Assembly (NCBI RefSeq): GCF_018350175.1
Contig: NC_058377.1
Location: forward strand, 100,502,001-100,566,000
Reading direction: 5' to 3'
Origin: Felis catus
Lineage: Eukaryota
Length of the DNA stretch: 64,000 bases
The translations under genes and the position numbers were made by a program. The notes under the pieces are model-generated. The model did not search any database. It saw nothing but the letters and a program-made list of their open reading frames with translations, and was not told where the DNA came from. Numbering within the stretch: position 1 is the stretch's first letter; each line of letters begins with the position of its first letter. This document shows, one piece after another, positions 12,075-23,831 of this stretch.

Positions 12075-13010
12075 CTACTTACCATTAGCTTCTGGGAAAA
12101 CCTTCCTGCCCCACAGTCTTTTCATTGCATTCTTTACTTCCGCATTTCTCAGTGTATAAATCAGGGGATTTAACATGGGGGTGATAATGGTGTAAAATAC
12201 AGCCACCATCTTGTCCTCTGAAAAGGTAGTATCAGGGCGCATATACATGAAGGTACAGGGACCAAAAAAGATGATGACCACAGCAATGTGGGAGCCACAG
12301 GTGGAGAGTGCTTTGAGCCTGTTTTCTGCTGAGTGCTTTCTCAGGGACACCAGGATGATGGTATAGGAAATGATCAAGATAACAAAGCTCCCCAGAGCAA
12401 TGGTACCACTGTTGGCTGTCACCACAACACCAACGATGTATGTGTCTGTGCAGGCAAGTTTCAGCACAGGGTGGATATCACAAAAGTAGTGATCGATCTC
12501 ATTGGGTCCACAAAAGGGTAACGGGACTACCAGAGCCACTTGGATAATGGAGTGTAAGAACCCCCCTATCCACGTCCCCAGCAACATTTTATTGCATCTG
12601 TCACAGCCCATGATGGTNNNNNNNNNNNNNNNNNNNNNNNNNNNNNNNNNNNNNNNNNNNNNNNNNNNNNNNNNNNNNNNNNNNNNNNNNNNNNNNNNNN
12701 NNNNNNNNNNNNNNNNNNNNNNNNNNNNNNNNNNNNNNNNNNNNNNNNNNNNNNNNNCCAATAGGTCAACAATCATCTTAGGAGCTGTGACCGAAGAGTA
12801 ACAAATATCCACAAAAGACAAGTAGCTGAGGAAGAAATACATAGGAGACTTGAAAAGCTTGCCCCTGTAAATGGTCAGCATGATGAGGAGGTTTCCCAGA
12901 AGAATGACCGTGTAGAAGAAAGAAAACACCACGAAACAAACCTCTTCAACTTCTAGGTTCTGAGAAAGACCCCAGAAAATGAATTCAGTTACATTGTTTA
13001 TTTTTTCCAT
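12075..13010 (-). CDS. OR4S2: Olfactory receptor 4S2 orthologue (CDS interrupted by a 140-N gap at 12618-12757)
   Basis: MEKINNVTEFIFWGLSQ...VTANSGTIALGSF...[40 protein letters not shown] matches recalled human OR4S2; 311 codons with the frame preserved across the gap. Integrity of the 47 gap codons cannot be seen. Confidence 0.9.
   Translation of the reverse strand: MEKINNVTEFIFWGLSQNLEVEEVCFVVFSFFYTVILLGNLLIMLTIYRGKLFKSPMYFFLSYLSFVDICYSSVTAPKMIVDLLXXXXXXXXXXXXXXXXXXXXXXXXXXXXXXXXXXXXXXXXXXXXXXXTIMGCDRCNKMLLGTWIGGFLHSIIQVALVVPLPFCGPNEIDHYFCDIHPVLKLACTDTYIVGVVVTANSGTIALGSFVILIISYTIILVSLRKHSAENRLKALSTCGSHIAVVIIFFGPCTFMYMRPDTTFSEDKMVAVFYTIITPMLNPLIYTLRNAEVKNAMKRLWGRKVFPEANGK
12618..12757. other. 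Assembly gap (140 N) inside the OR4S2 CDS; other gaps at 19070-19216, 22944-23111, 35911-36057, 48604-48780, 52956-53130
   Basis: Runs of N counted directly (140, 147, 168, 147, 177, 175). Confidence 0.99.
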
Positions 13011-13839
13011 GGAATTAGTCTAGCATGCCAAGTTCCCAAGAGACAGCGAAATTACCTGAAAGAGAAACATAACAAGCAAAAAAGACATTTATTTCTGACT
13101 CAGAATAAATGGAGAATCACAGTAGTTGAAAATGGAAAAATGGGTACTTGCTGCTGCTTTGCATGCATACTCAAGAAATTGAGATGTACATGTTTTGATC
13201 GTCTTGCATCCGTCTGATAGCCCATTCTTTCACCTCAGATGAGGAAACAAAGTCCAGAGAGATAAAGCCAATTCTCTAAGCCGTACATCTAACCAAGAAT
13301 CTCACCCTTTTAAAAACTTTTAAAAATCTGCTTGTTTCTAGAAATTTACCAATTCTAATCCTGTATAAGGCACTCAACTTAATTAGCAATTCGGTGTTGG
13401 GGGATATGGTAAAATTTACATATCTGGAAAAGCTTGCCTTATTTTTGTCACAGAAATGAAAACATGTACCATATTTTCCCTTCTGAATATCGCCATGAAT
13501 GTTCAAGTAGTTGGGGGTGGGTGACCTCCGCAGCATCTTCTTAGGAAACTCTGAATTTTATGTCCATGAATTTGTGGTCCCCTATTTGACATCAAGCTCT
13601 TATAGCCAAGAGGTGGTGATGGGTGTAGTTAAAAAGAGGACTAAAATTCTCATTATCTCATTCTGAGACAGTGGTGCTGTAACTCTAGATAAATTATTTA
13701 GTTTCAGGGGCTTCTGTTATCCCGTTTGTGAAATAAGAAAGTTTCAATTTCGTTATACGCTATCATATGAACAGTTATTTCTACTATGAAATCAATTCAG
13801 TTCTGTCAGCTAGAATAGCCATGAAACCCTGATAAAAGC

Positions 13840-13887
13840 AATAAAATAAAATAAAATAAAATAAAATAAAATAAAATAAAATAAAAT
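13840..13887. repeat. (TAAAA)n pentanucleotide microsatellite
   Basis: Direct reading. Confidence 0.95.
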
Positions 13888-13923
13888 GAAAAAGAAGATA
13901 AAGCAATAAAAGAAACTGCTAGA

Positions 13924-14125
13924 GGGTCGTCTGGGTGGCTCAGTCGGTTAAGCGTCCGACTTCAGCTCAGGTCATGATCTCACAGTCAGTGGGCTAGAGC
14001 CCCGCATCGGGGTCTGTGCTGACAGCTCAGAGCCTGGAGCCTGCTTTCTGAGTCTCCCTGTCTCTCTGCTCCACTCCTCTCGTGCTCTATCTCTGTCTCT
14101 CAAAAATGAATAAACATTAAAACAA
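13924..14125 (+). mobile_element. Can-SINE
   Basis: gggtcgtctgggtggctcagtcggttaagcgtccgacttcagctcagg...aaaaatgaataaacattaaa. Confidence 0.95.
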
Positions 14126-14260
14126 TTTTTTTTAAAAGGAACTTTTACAGACACATCAAAACCCGTTGGATTTGAAAGGAGGGGAAGTGAAATCTAGGGG
14201 TAAATTCTCATCTTTAGATTCAGTGTTTGAGGATTCCCTGGGGATTACTTTGCCTTAGTA

Positions 14261-14300
14261 GATTGATTGGTTGATTGATTGATTGATTGATTCATTTTTG

Positions 14301-14333
<33 letters not shown>

Positions 14334-14484
14334 GAGGCAGAAAAAGAGAGAGAGACAGAGAATCCCAAGCAGGCCCCAGCGCAGAGCCAGTTGGGGGCTC
14401 TAACCCACTAACCGTGAGATCAGAACCTGAGCCAAAACTAAGAGTCTGCTGTTTAACCAACTGACTGAGCCACCCAGGCGTCTC
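14261..14484 (-). mobile_element. Can-SINE with a (GATT)n tail
   Basis: Reverse Can-SINE head ending ...gagccacccaggcgtctc; (GA)n and (GATT)n. Confidence 0.9.
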
Positions 14485-14738
14485 TGCCCTACTTATTTTA
14501 AACATTTCTCTGTCAGCTAAAAAACAGTACAAAAGATAAAGAGAAAAGAAAAGGAAGGACTCCGCCCTTAATCTCACTAATTCCTTCATGCATCCTTTTA
14601 ATCTTTCAGGTTTCATGCTAGTTATGTATCAGTTCTCCCAATGAGGACGTTTTACATATTTCAAAGAGGTCATCACTGGAAATGCTTTAAATCGATTTAG
14701 GAAGAGGACGATATAAGTTGCATCTTCAGTGCTGGGAC

Positions 14739-15210
14739 TGTTGCATCCACATGACTCCTGAAACAGAATGCTACGGGCACCAGTGACAGTCACAACAAAC
14801 TTTATTACAATGAGAGGCAAGGCCGACCGATCGGGACCAACACTCTTGATAAGAGTGCGGCCCCGAACAGCCGGGGTACAGAGTTTTTATAACCGATCAC
14901 ATCGTTTTATCATCACTTGGGAACAGAACAAAGAAACAGTTGCCAGATGAGTTAGAAACAGTTGCCTAATGAGGTGTTTACTTTAGACTTTCTGCCTCTA
15001 AGTTGCAACCAGTGGATCTCCTTGACCCTGCCTCTGATGCTCTTCTCTTTGAACTTTTGTTTCCTTAATTGGTGAAGCCTAATTTACAAGGGTATGAGGC
15101 ATAGTTTACCAGAGCAAAGCAAGGCTGTTATCTCTTAACCTTCAGTGTCAACACAAAGCTGTTATTTTTCAAGCTAAGCATTAGCCCTACACTACAATTT
15201 AACCCTTACA
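14739..15210 (-). mobile_element. Solo LTR, ERV1-type (472 bp)
   Basis: Minus strand reads TGTAAGGG...GATGCAACA; 4-bp TSD GGAC at 14735-14738 and 15211-15214; TATAAAA at 14891-14885 and AATAAA at 14806-14801 in LTR order; several intact CpGs. Confidence 0.85.
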
Positions 15211-16446
15211 GGACCTCCAGAGCTCTAGTGAGGTCACCAGAACGTATGTATGGAAACGGGTACGTGCAATAGTTTTGATTTAAACGTACAAGTTCTTCCC
15301 CAAACTGAGCCACAGACGGAAATGATTCCTTTCCTTGTAGGTTAGGGTGGGATTTCACAGTGTCTTAGCTCATCATTAGGAATTTTGTCCATCTGAGGCC
15401 ATATCCCCTCAAGATCTGTCACATGCAGCACTTTCGGCTTCTACTTAAGTCTGTGCTCTCCACTGTCTTTCTGCAGTAACATGGTGTGGTGCCCCTCACT
15501 TCCAGCTTTTGGGAAACTACGAGGCTGTGCTTCCTCAAGTCTGTGTATTAGAGCTAACAGAATAGTCATTACAGGCGTGTCTTCTCTTATCCAGCACAAA
15601 ATAATGATGATCATAACAATGGTAAAAAATTGAAATGGCGATACTAATTCAGACTCAGACTCAAGATTACCCTCCCTGATTTTACATGTTCCTTCTCCTT
15701 CGTTTTTCTTTCTGAATGACAAAACAAAAACAAACAAAACAAAACAAAACAAAACAGCTATTTTCTCCTGGAGAGAGCCCTTCAAGAGGGCTTGATAATA
15801 GTTTTTGATAACTGAATTATGTCGCTTGGTTTTCATTTAGAAGAAACCGGCATTTAAACACAGCCTGGGTATTATCCTTCTTTTATTCAGTCTATATATA
15901 TGGTCCTAAAGGAACTCATTTCTCTTTGAATCAAGACTCATCTCCAATAAGTTCTTCCTCTTGTTTCTGAGCATTTCAAACATGACAATGCCTCCATTTC
16001 TTTTGAAATTATTGTTATTTTCTTGTTCACAATCATGCTACCATAATTTATACATGATTATAAATATATGTAATTTATAATCATGTGTAGATGCACTTTA
16101 TTATCTAATCATCGTCTTAACGATTTTATTCTCCCCTTATTTCTGAGAACAGTGTCTCATAATTATCTTACAGGTTTTCAACATATAGCAATTTTATTTA
16201 ACTCCCCTTTTCAATAACCCTTTTTATTTTAAGTTTTAGAAGAAAAAATTCTCACCAGTATTGTTCAGGGCTCAAATTTTGTTTTATATTTGTATCTCTT
16301 CTGAGATAATTTGGGTGCGGCTATCCATGAGAGAGTAATGCCTTAGGAATTGCTTTGTGCATAATTAATATCAGAGAATCTCTGACCTCCAAAACTCAAG
16401 GGCTGGTAAAAGTCAGCTCTTCCTCATTCCTGGTTCTGTCTTTCAC

Positions 16447-16579
16447 CTGCTGAAGCCTGCAATTTCACAGTATCTTTGGCAACAAATGCTCCTTTCTCTT
16501 CTTCTTATTTGGTGCATTCAGAGAATGATGCAAAATGTTAATGACCTTGGGGAAAGCCTTTCTCCCAAAGTCTCCCTCC
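16447..16579 (-). promoter_or_regulatory. Predicted promoter/first non-coding exon of OR4S2 (paralogous module)
   Basis: Shares colinear blocks with 30019-30108 and 44145-44208; minus-strand donor CAG|GTGAAA at 16447/16446; TAATGA next to an imperfect O/E-like CCTTGGGGA (16539-16553). Confidence 0.5.
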
Positions 16580-18166
16580 ATATTCAGAACCGCGATAGAG
16601 AACTAACAATGATCTTGTCACTGTGTTAAAATTTTTTTAAATTTTTCTTTATTTGCTAAGTTTAAAAACCAGTCAGTTGTCGCATTTAGGACCCTACCAC
16701 TAATCCAAAGCATTTCAGTAAACACAAGTAACCGTGTATGATTGATATCTTGTTCATGGGATTAATATGTTTAACTATACAAATGTGTTAAATACTTAAT
16801 GTAACACATATGTTAAAATATAGATTTGGGAGTTATTTATTGAATTTTAATTCTACTCCTTTGAAAGTTCTATTTGATTGGAAAATAGTTGATTCAATAG
16901 TGTCACTGGGGTTCACTGTTTTTCTTTTTAATTGAATCTCTGCTGATTTCTGGAGAAATTGGTGGGAAGTTTACTTCTAGCTCATACCTGGGACAAACGT
17001 ACTGCAGGCTTTCAGTCTTTTACTTTTTGAGTGTAAGCCATTAACATTGACTCTTGACCACTAATATTCTTTCTTATTCCTCTCCTGTTCCTTACTCTTT
17101 CTTTCTCCTCATTCTTGCTGGTCTTTCTTTTTCCTTCCTACTCATCAAACCTCCTGCTTCCTTTTCCATATAACGTCCAATATCCCAGACCCTTACTTGT
17201 TTCTACTCTTAGATGGAGTGTATCGACTTGCACAGTGGATTTTTTGATCTCACTGGACCTTTTAAGGGAGACTGTATGTTCCTTTTCCAATCTGTAAATA
17301 GCCACAAAGGGGGAGAATGTAGCCATTGGCTTCCCTTTCCCACTGGCCAAAGTTCACCCCACAATGGGCCATTTGCACTGCAGTCTGGCCATATCACTGG
17401 ACTCTTCCAGCAGCTGTGGGAAAAGGAAGAGTCCGAACTGGCAGCGGGGACATTCAGAGCAGGAGGCGAGCTTTGTGGGAAAGCCACTGGGTATATTTAG
17501 GTTCCAATCACGTCACACAGTCTCTTCTACCTCAACAGCAATAGGAAATGTCTGTGGGTAGGATTTCAGAAGTGCTCACATCCATGTGGCTCACATCCAA
17601 AGTCCTGTCACGTCAGGCTCACAAATGACCTAAAGATGGAGAATAGTTTCCAGAAATTTCTTGGTCTATGGTCTCTTAATATCATAATAAAATGCAGGCC
17701 ATTGTTAAGGCATCTTGGGCTACAGGCAAGAGAATTTCAGGACCCTGGGTGACATAACAATCTGGGGATCTTGCTTGATGCACCTCACACTCAGCTGTTA
17801 GCTCTCAGTTGCTTGACTGCTCAGGTGACATTCACTTCCACCCCAAAGGGACTTGACTCTTTCCTGCTTTGCCCTTGTCAGTGGATCCTCCTGAAAACTA
17901 ATCATCTTTAGAGTCACATGATAAAAGATTTGGAATAGCACCCTCACATACAGTATATGTCACTTCCCAAATTTAAAGGCCCATAAAATACTGTATCTCT
18001 TTCCTACTGGTAAGAGATGTGAATAGAAAACACTTTCTATTTCAACTGAGGGAATCTCTGTGTCTCCCAGACCACAGGAGTCTTAAGAACTCTGTCCATG
18101 TGACAGTCCCCCCACACCTCACAGTGTTTATCTACCGCTTTCTGCCTTGTGTGAACTTAGGAGGTG

Positions 18167-18690
18167 TGTAAGTTATCTACTGCTACAGACTGGCAAACAC
18201 TAGGCCAGAAATTCGTGGCTTACAGCCACAAAGTTTAATCCCCAAATTGGTGCTTTTAAATTGCAAAACCAAAATTTAAAGACTTAAAAGCATAAAAGCA
18301 ATCTATTTGATTATGATTCTGCAGTTGGGGTTGGATTCAGCTGGGTGGTCCTTCTTCTCGTTTCACCTGGAAACACTCTGAATGGTGCAAATGGAGTCTG
18401 AATGGAGTACCTGGTCCAAGATGGCCTCATTCACACATTCAGCAATTGGCTCAGATATGCCAGTTCTCATTCATTCTCCAGGAGCGTAGATTGGGCTCTA
18501 CCGTTTATACCACAGTTGTCTTAGGGCAATGGTTGTTTCACAAAAGTGAAAGCTTCAAGACCTCTCAAGCCAACCTTTAGGGATCAATCGAAATCACTTT
18601 TGCCACATTCTTCTCATGTGGTTAAAGGTTATCTGTGTCACACACGTTTAGTCCAGATAAAAGCATGGAGAGATAGATTCCACTTTTTTT
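18167..18690 (-). mobile_element. MLT1 (MaLR) LTR, old
   Basis: tgtaagttatctactgct..., cagctgggtgg, ccaagatggcctcattcaca, atcacttttgccacattc match the reverse MLT1 consensus. Confidence 0.7.
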
Positions 18691-18699
18691 TAATTGAGC

Positions 18700-19410
18700 A
18701 AATAACATTACTATGGGTCTCAGCTGTACAACCTAATGATTTAATATTGCATAAATTCAATATTGCAAGATGATCGCCATAATAGTCTAGTTAGCATCCA
18801 TCACCACACATAGTTATATTTTTTTCTTGTGGTGAAAACTTTTAAGAGCTACCTTTTGCGATTTTCAAATAAAGAATAGAGTGTTATTAACTGTAGACAC
18901 TATGTTGTACATGATTACATTCCCATATGTAACATTTATTTATTTTATACCTATGAGTTCCTTCCTTTTTGCCACCTTCACCCATTTCACCCGGCCTCCC
19001 TATCCCCCACTCTGGCAAGCACCAATCTCTTCTCTGTATCTACAAGTTCAGCTTATTGATTTGTTTTTTNNNNNNNNNNNNNNNNNNNNNNNNNNNNNNN
19101 NNNNNNNNNNNNNNNNNNNNNNNNNNNNNNNNNNNNNNNNNNNNNNNNNNNNNNNNNNNNNNNNNNNNNNNNNNNNNNNNNNNNNNNNNNNNNNNNNNNN
19201 NNNNNNNNNNNNNNNNAGAGAGAGGAGAGGACAGATGATCTGAAGTGGGTTCTGTGCTGACAACAGAGAGCCTGATGAGGGCCCGAACTCACTAACAGCA
19301 AGATCATGACCTGAGCTGAGTCAGATGCTTAACTGACCGAGCCACCCAGGTGTCCCTATGTTTGACTTACTTAGCATAATGCCCATAAAGATCCATCCAC
19401 CTTTGCAAAT
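18700..19410 (-). mobile_element. L1MA-type 3' end interrupted by a SINE and a gap
   Basis: ctagttagcatccatcaccacacatag, ttgtggtgaaaacttttaag; resumes as gacttacttagcataatgccc after the SINE. Confidence 0.75.
19062..19356 (-). mobile_element. Can-SINE (3' part hidden in gap 19070-19216)
   Basis: gatcatgacctgagctgagtcagatgcttaactgaccgagccacccaggtgtccc. Confidence 0.85.
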
Positions 19411-19531
19411 GGAGATATTCAAAGGGAGAGCAATATCTCATTTTTATGAAGGCAGAAATTTGGAGCTGTTCAGTTAAAGCTGAACCTGTCAAGATCTTCT
19501 GACTATAATGTTTGGCTCCCACCTACACCCC

Positions 19532-19534
19532 TTT

Positions 19535-19565
<31 letters not shown>

Positions 19566-19726
19566 CATGAGCGGGGGGAGGAGCACAGGCAGAGGGGGAC
19601 AGAGGATCTGAAGCAGGCTCCGTGCTGACAGCAGTGAGCCCAATGTGGGGCTTGAACTCACGAACCATGAGATCATGACCTGAGCTGAAGTTGGACGCTT
19701 AACCGGCTGAAAAACCTGGGTGCCCC
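19532..19726 (-). mobile_element. Can-SINE lacking an A-tail
   Basis: Body intact from tttgagagac to ctgggtgcccc; no poly-T run on the left. Confidence 0.9.
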
Positions 19727-19944
19727 ATCTGGTCTTTTCGTATTCCACATGCTATTGATTTCCCAATAATACAATTTCTCAGAGTCATTCTGTATGAATT
19801 ATACAAATTAAAAGATCAAATACAGTGCTCACCATTTAAACACTTAATCATAATAGAGATCCAAAGTCATTGTTATGCACCGATTTTTAATAGGTCATTT
19901 ATATACCTTCTATTTATGGGAAATAAATTTGTAATAATAGTATC

Positions 19945-20950
19945 TGTTTTTAATAGCTTTATTGAGGTATAATCCACATAGTATACAATTCACTTATTTA
20001 AAGTATATAATTTAATAGCTGTTAATATAGAAGACTGTGAGACAATCAACACTATCTAATTTTACAACATCTCTGCCACCTGAAAAGCAGCTTTGTCCCA
20101 TTCACAGTCACTTCTTATTCCTCTCCCTCACCATCATTAGCAGTCCCCAGAAAGCACTAATCCACTTCCACTATAGATCTGCTTGTCTAGACATTGCATA
20201 TAAAAGGAATTATATGCTTTGTTATCTTTTGTAACTTGTTTCTTTCACTTAGCATAATGTTCTTAGCATGTGTCATTCACGCTGTGGCAAGCATCAGTAT
20301 TTCTTTCCTCTTTGTTGATGAATAAAACTCCATCTTATGAATATACAATTCATCCATCTGTTGATTGACATGTAGAATGTTTCTCAATTTCAGCTTTTAG
20401 GAATAGTGCTCCTATGGACACTGGCGTACAAGTTTCTGTGTGGATATATGTTTAATGTCTCCTAAAAGTAGAATTGCTAGATCGTTGTTGATACATGTTT
20501 AAAACTTTTAAGGAACCTCCAAGTTGCTTTGCAAAGTGGCTGCGCCAGTTTACAATCCTACTGGCAATTTATGAGAACTCCAGTTTCTCCACATCCTCGC
20601 TAACACTTGTTACGTTTCTGTCTTCTTTGATTCTAGATGTCCTAGTGGCTATAAAGTGGTATCGCATTATGGCTGAGGTTTGCGTTTCCTATTAACCAAA
20701 GGTGTTAAACATCTTTTCAGGTGCCTTCGGCCATTTGTATATTTTCTGTGGCAATATGTTTATTCAGATATTTTACCAAGTTTTAAGCTGAGTTATTATC
20801 TTTTTATTATTAAGGGGTAGGAGTTATTTATATAGTCTGAAAACAAATTTCTTATCAGACACAAGTATTTTCTTCTACTCTGTGGGTTGGCTCTCACTTT
20901 GTTGATGACATAATTTTCAGTACAAAAGGTTTTTAGTTTGGTGAAGCCAA
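19945..20950 (-). mobile_element. L1MB-type 3' UTR and ORF2 end
   Basis: agctttattgaggtataatccacata...; tttcacttagcataatg; gtatcgcattatggc; antisense ORF2 C-terminus. Confidence 0.75.
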
Positions 20951-21139
20951 TGCATCTTTCAAAGTCACTATTATGTATTAATTTCTAATAAAATATTTTA
21001 TGTCTTCCACTCATGGGAATTAAATTCTTAATAACCATCACTGTTCGGCTTTTTTCCTGTAGAAATTTTCACTAGATTTGGTAGGCACTTTGGGTGGGGG
21101 GATGTAGGACTTAGAGATATTGATTGATTTTTTTTTTTT

Positions 21140-21560
21140 TTGGTAATACAATTCTATTCATGAGATGAATTTTACATACAATGAAATGAAGACCTTTTAA
21201 GTATATAGTCTGATAAGTGTTGGTAAATGTATGTACTCACATAGCCATTAACAAATTCAAGATTGGGGTGCCTGGGTGGCTCATTCGGTTGAGCAACCGA
21301 CTTCGGCTCAGGTCATGATCTCACAGTTTATGAGTTCAAGCCCCACATCAGGCTCTGTGCTGACAGCCCAGAGCCTGGAGCCTGCTTCAGATTCTAGGTC
21401 TCCCTCTATCTCTCTGCCCCTGCCCCACTCATGCTCTGTCTCTCTCTGCCTCGGAAATAAATAAACATTAAAAAAAAACAAATTAAAGATCTAGAATACT
21501 TTTATTAATCCAGAAAGTTCTGTCATGTTCTTCTTCAGTTAATTCGCCCAGATGTAACTA
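21140..21560 (-). mobile_element. Old L1 3' UTR fragment split by a SINE
   Basis: attcatgagatgaattttacatacaatgaaat...; resumes as atctagaatacttttattaatccagaaagttc after the SINE. Confidence 0.55.
21265..21478 (+). mobile_element. Can-SINE
   Basis: TSD acaaatt(c/a)aagat at 21251-21263 and 21478-21490. Confidence 0.95.
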
Positions 21561-21584
21561 CTGTCCTTATTTGTATTACTGTTT

Positions 21585-21700
21585 CTTTTTTTTTTATATG
21601 AAATTTATTGTCAAATTGGTTTCCATATAACACCCAGTGCTCATCCCAACAGGTGCCCTCCTCAATAATCATCACCCACCCTTCCCTCCCTCCCACCCCC
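21585..21700 (-). mobile_element. Felid L1 (L1_Fc-type) 3' terminal stub
   Basis: tttttatatgaaatttattgtcaaattggtttccatataacacccagtgctcatcccaacaggtgccctcctcaat is the reverse complement of the L1 end seen at 47670-47735. Confidence 0.8.
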
Positions 21701-22069
21701 CTATATCACTCTGTTTCAATGTTTAGTGTTTTGTACCTATTCTATAGCTTCATGTAAATTGAATCATAGCATTTACTCATAGTGTATGGTCTCTTTGTTC
21801 TTAGATTCGTCATATTGAGGTGTGTGTCATTAGTCCATTACTTTTCTTTGCTAAAGACTATTCTGTCTATCCTGACAACTCTGTCTTTCAAGAGCAATGT
21901 ATTTGCATTTAATGTAATTGTTAATTTTTTTGGGATAAGTTCATCTTATTGGAGTTTACTTTTTTGTCCCCTTTCTAATTTATTTTATTTCTTTTCTATA
22001 TTATTTTGAGCTAATTGAGTAGATGATTTTCATCTATTATTCAATTTTACCTTCTTTTAACATCTTCTT

Positions 22070-22303
22070 TTTTTTTTTTTTTTTTTAAATTTTTTTTTTT
22101 TTAATGTTTATTTATTTTTGAGACAGAGAGAGACAGAGCATGAACGGGGGAGGGCAGAGGGAGAGGGAGACACAGAATCGGAAGCAGGCTCCAGGCTCTG
22201 AGCCATCAGCCCAGAGCCTGACGCGGGGCTCGAACTCACGGACCGCGAGATTGTGACCTGGCTGAAGTCGGACGCTTAACCGACTGCGCCACCCAGGCGC
22301 CCC
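22070..22303 (-). mobile_element. Young felid Can-SINE (SINEC_Fc1-type)
   Basis: Intact CpGs, long homogeneous poly-T, TSD taacatcttctttt at 22058-22071 and 22304-22317. Confidence 0.97.
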
Positions 22304-22424
22304 TAACATCTTCTTTTTTAAGTAATAAGCTTTATTTTTTTATAGCAGTTTTAGGTTCACAGGTACATTGAATAGAAGTTGTGGAGATTTCCCATGGACC
22401 TTCACGTTCCCTGATTTCAGAGGG

Positions 22425-23192
22425 TCTGAATAGATATTTTTCCAAAGACATGCACATGACCACCAGGTACATCAAAATGTGTTCGACATCACAAGTCATC
22501 AGGGAAATGCAAATCAGAATCATAATATATATCATTTGATATCTCTTAGAATGACTATTATCAAAGAGACAAGAGATAAGAAATGTTGCTGATGATGTGG
22601 TGAAAAGGGATCCCCTGTGGGCCATTGATGGGTGTGTAGATTGGTACAGCCATTATGGAAAGAGTATGGAGGTTCCTCAAAATATTAAAAATAGAACTAC
22701 CATCCATCAATTCCACGTTGGGTATATATCCACAGGATCTGAAATCATGATTGTGAAGGGCTATCTGCATTCCTAGGTTCATTGCACCATTATTCACAAT
22801 AGCCAAGGTGTGGTACAACCTCATCCCTGAGTGATGAATCAATATAGAAAATGTGTGATATATATTATTCAGACTTTAAAAAAGGGAAAATTATACCATT
22901 TGCATAACATGGATGGAGCTGGAGGCCTTGATGCTAAGCGAAANNNNNNNNNNNNNNNNNNNNNNNNNNNNNNNNNNNNNNNNNNNNNNNNNNNNNNNNN
23001 NNNNNNNNNNNNNNNNNNNNNNNNNNNNNNNNNNNNNNNNNNNNNNNNNNNNNNNNNNNNNNNNNNNNNNNNNNNNNNNNNNNNNNNNNNNNNNNNNNNN
23101 NNNNNNNNNNNCTATATTTCATGGTTACTGTAGTTAACAATACCATAATGTATACTTGAAATTGCAAAAAGGATAGATCTTACACTAAATCT

Positions 23193-23231
<39 letters not shown>

Positions 23232-23348
23232 GGTAACTATATAGCAAAGACAGATGTGCTAATTAGTTTGTGGTGACCTTTTCATATTATATGTGTATCA
23301 AAAAATCAACTTGTACCACTTAAATATATATAATCTTTGTATGTCAAC
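22425..23348 (+). mobile_element. L1MA-type ORF2 end plus 3' UTR (gap 22944-23111)
   Basis: catcagggaaatgcaaatc, atggaggttcctcaaaatattaaaaatagaactacc, atggtaactat..., (CA)n in the 3' UTR. Confidence 0.8.
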
Positions 23349-23537
23349 ATGCCAATTTTGGGACCACTAGTGCAGTCATGAAGCTTCATAATATCCCAGA
23401 AAGCAAAAAGCAGTGAGAACACTGAAAACTTGTTATTTTACTGAATTTGTTTTAAAATAATCTTTGACAGGAATAAAATATTAGTGTTGGAAAGGGTTCC
23501 CAGTTAAATAATGAACAGCGTTAAAAGTGAAACGGAA

Positions 23538-23750
23538 TTTTTTTTAAGTTTATGTATTTATTTTGAGAGAGAGAGAGAGGAGAGAGAAAGCGCAAGTGGG
23601 GGAAGGGCAGAGAGGGAGAGAGAGTCCCAAGCAGGCTCTGTACAGTCAACACAGAGCCCAAGGTGAGGTTCAGCCCACGAACCGTGTTATCATGACCTGA
23701 GCTGAAATCAAGAGTTGGATGCTCAACCAACTAAGCCTCCCAGGTGCCCC
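23538..23750 (-). mobile_element. Can-SINE
   Basis: Full-length reverse copy ending ...cccaggtgcccc. Confidence 0.9.
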
Positions 23751-23831
23751 CCAAATAAAATGGAATCTTATAATAGTTACCAAGGATGTGATACACTTTA
23801 ATACACTGAAATCAACGAATTGTATTATTTG

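Noticed and set aside
17115-17561. Cluster of 60-95 aa ORFs in relatively GC-balanced unique DNA, including a CGSH-like string
   Set aside because: No OR transmembrane pattern or recognisable domain; the CGSH comes from a short gctcacatcca duplication. Could be unrecognised old retroviral DNA but I cannot support a call.
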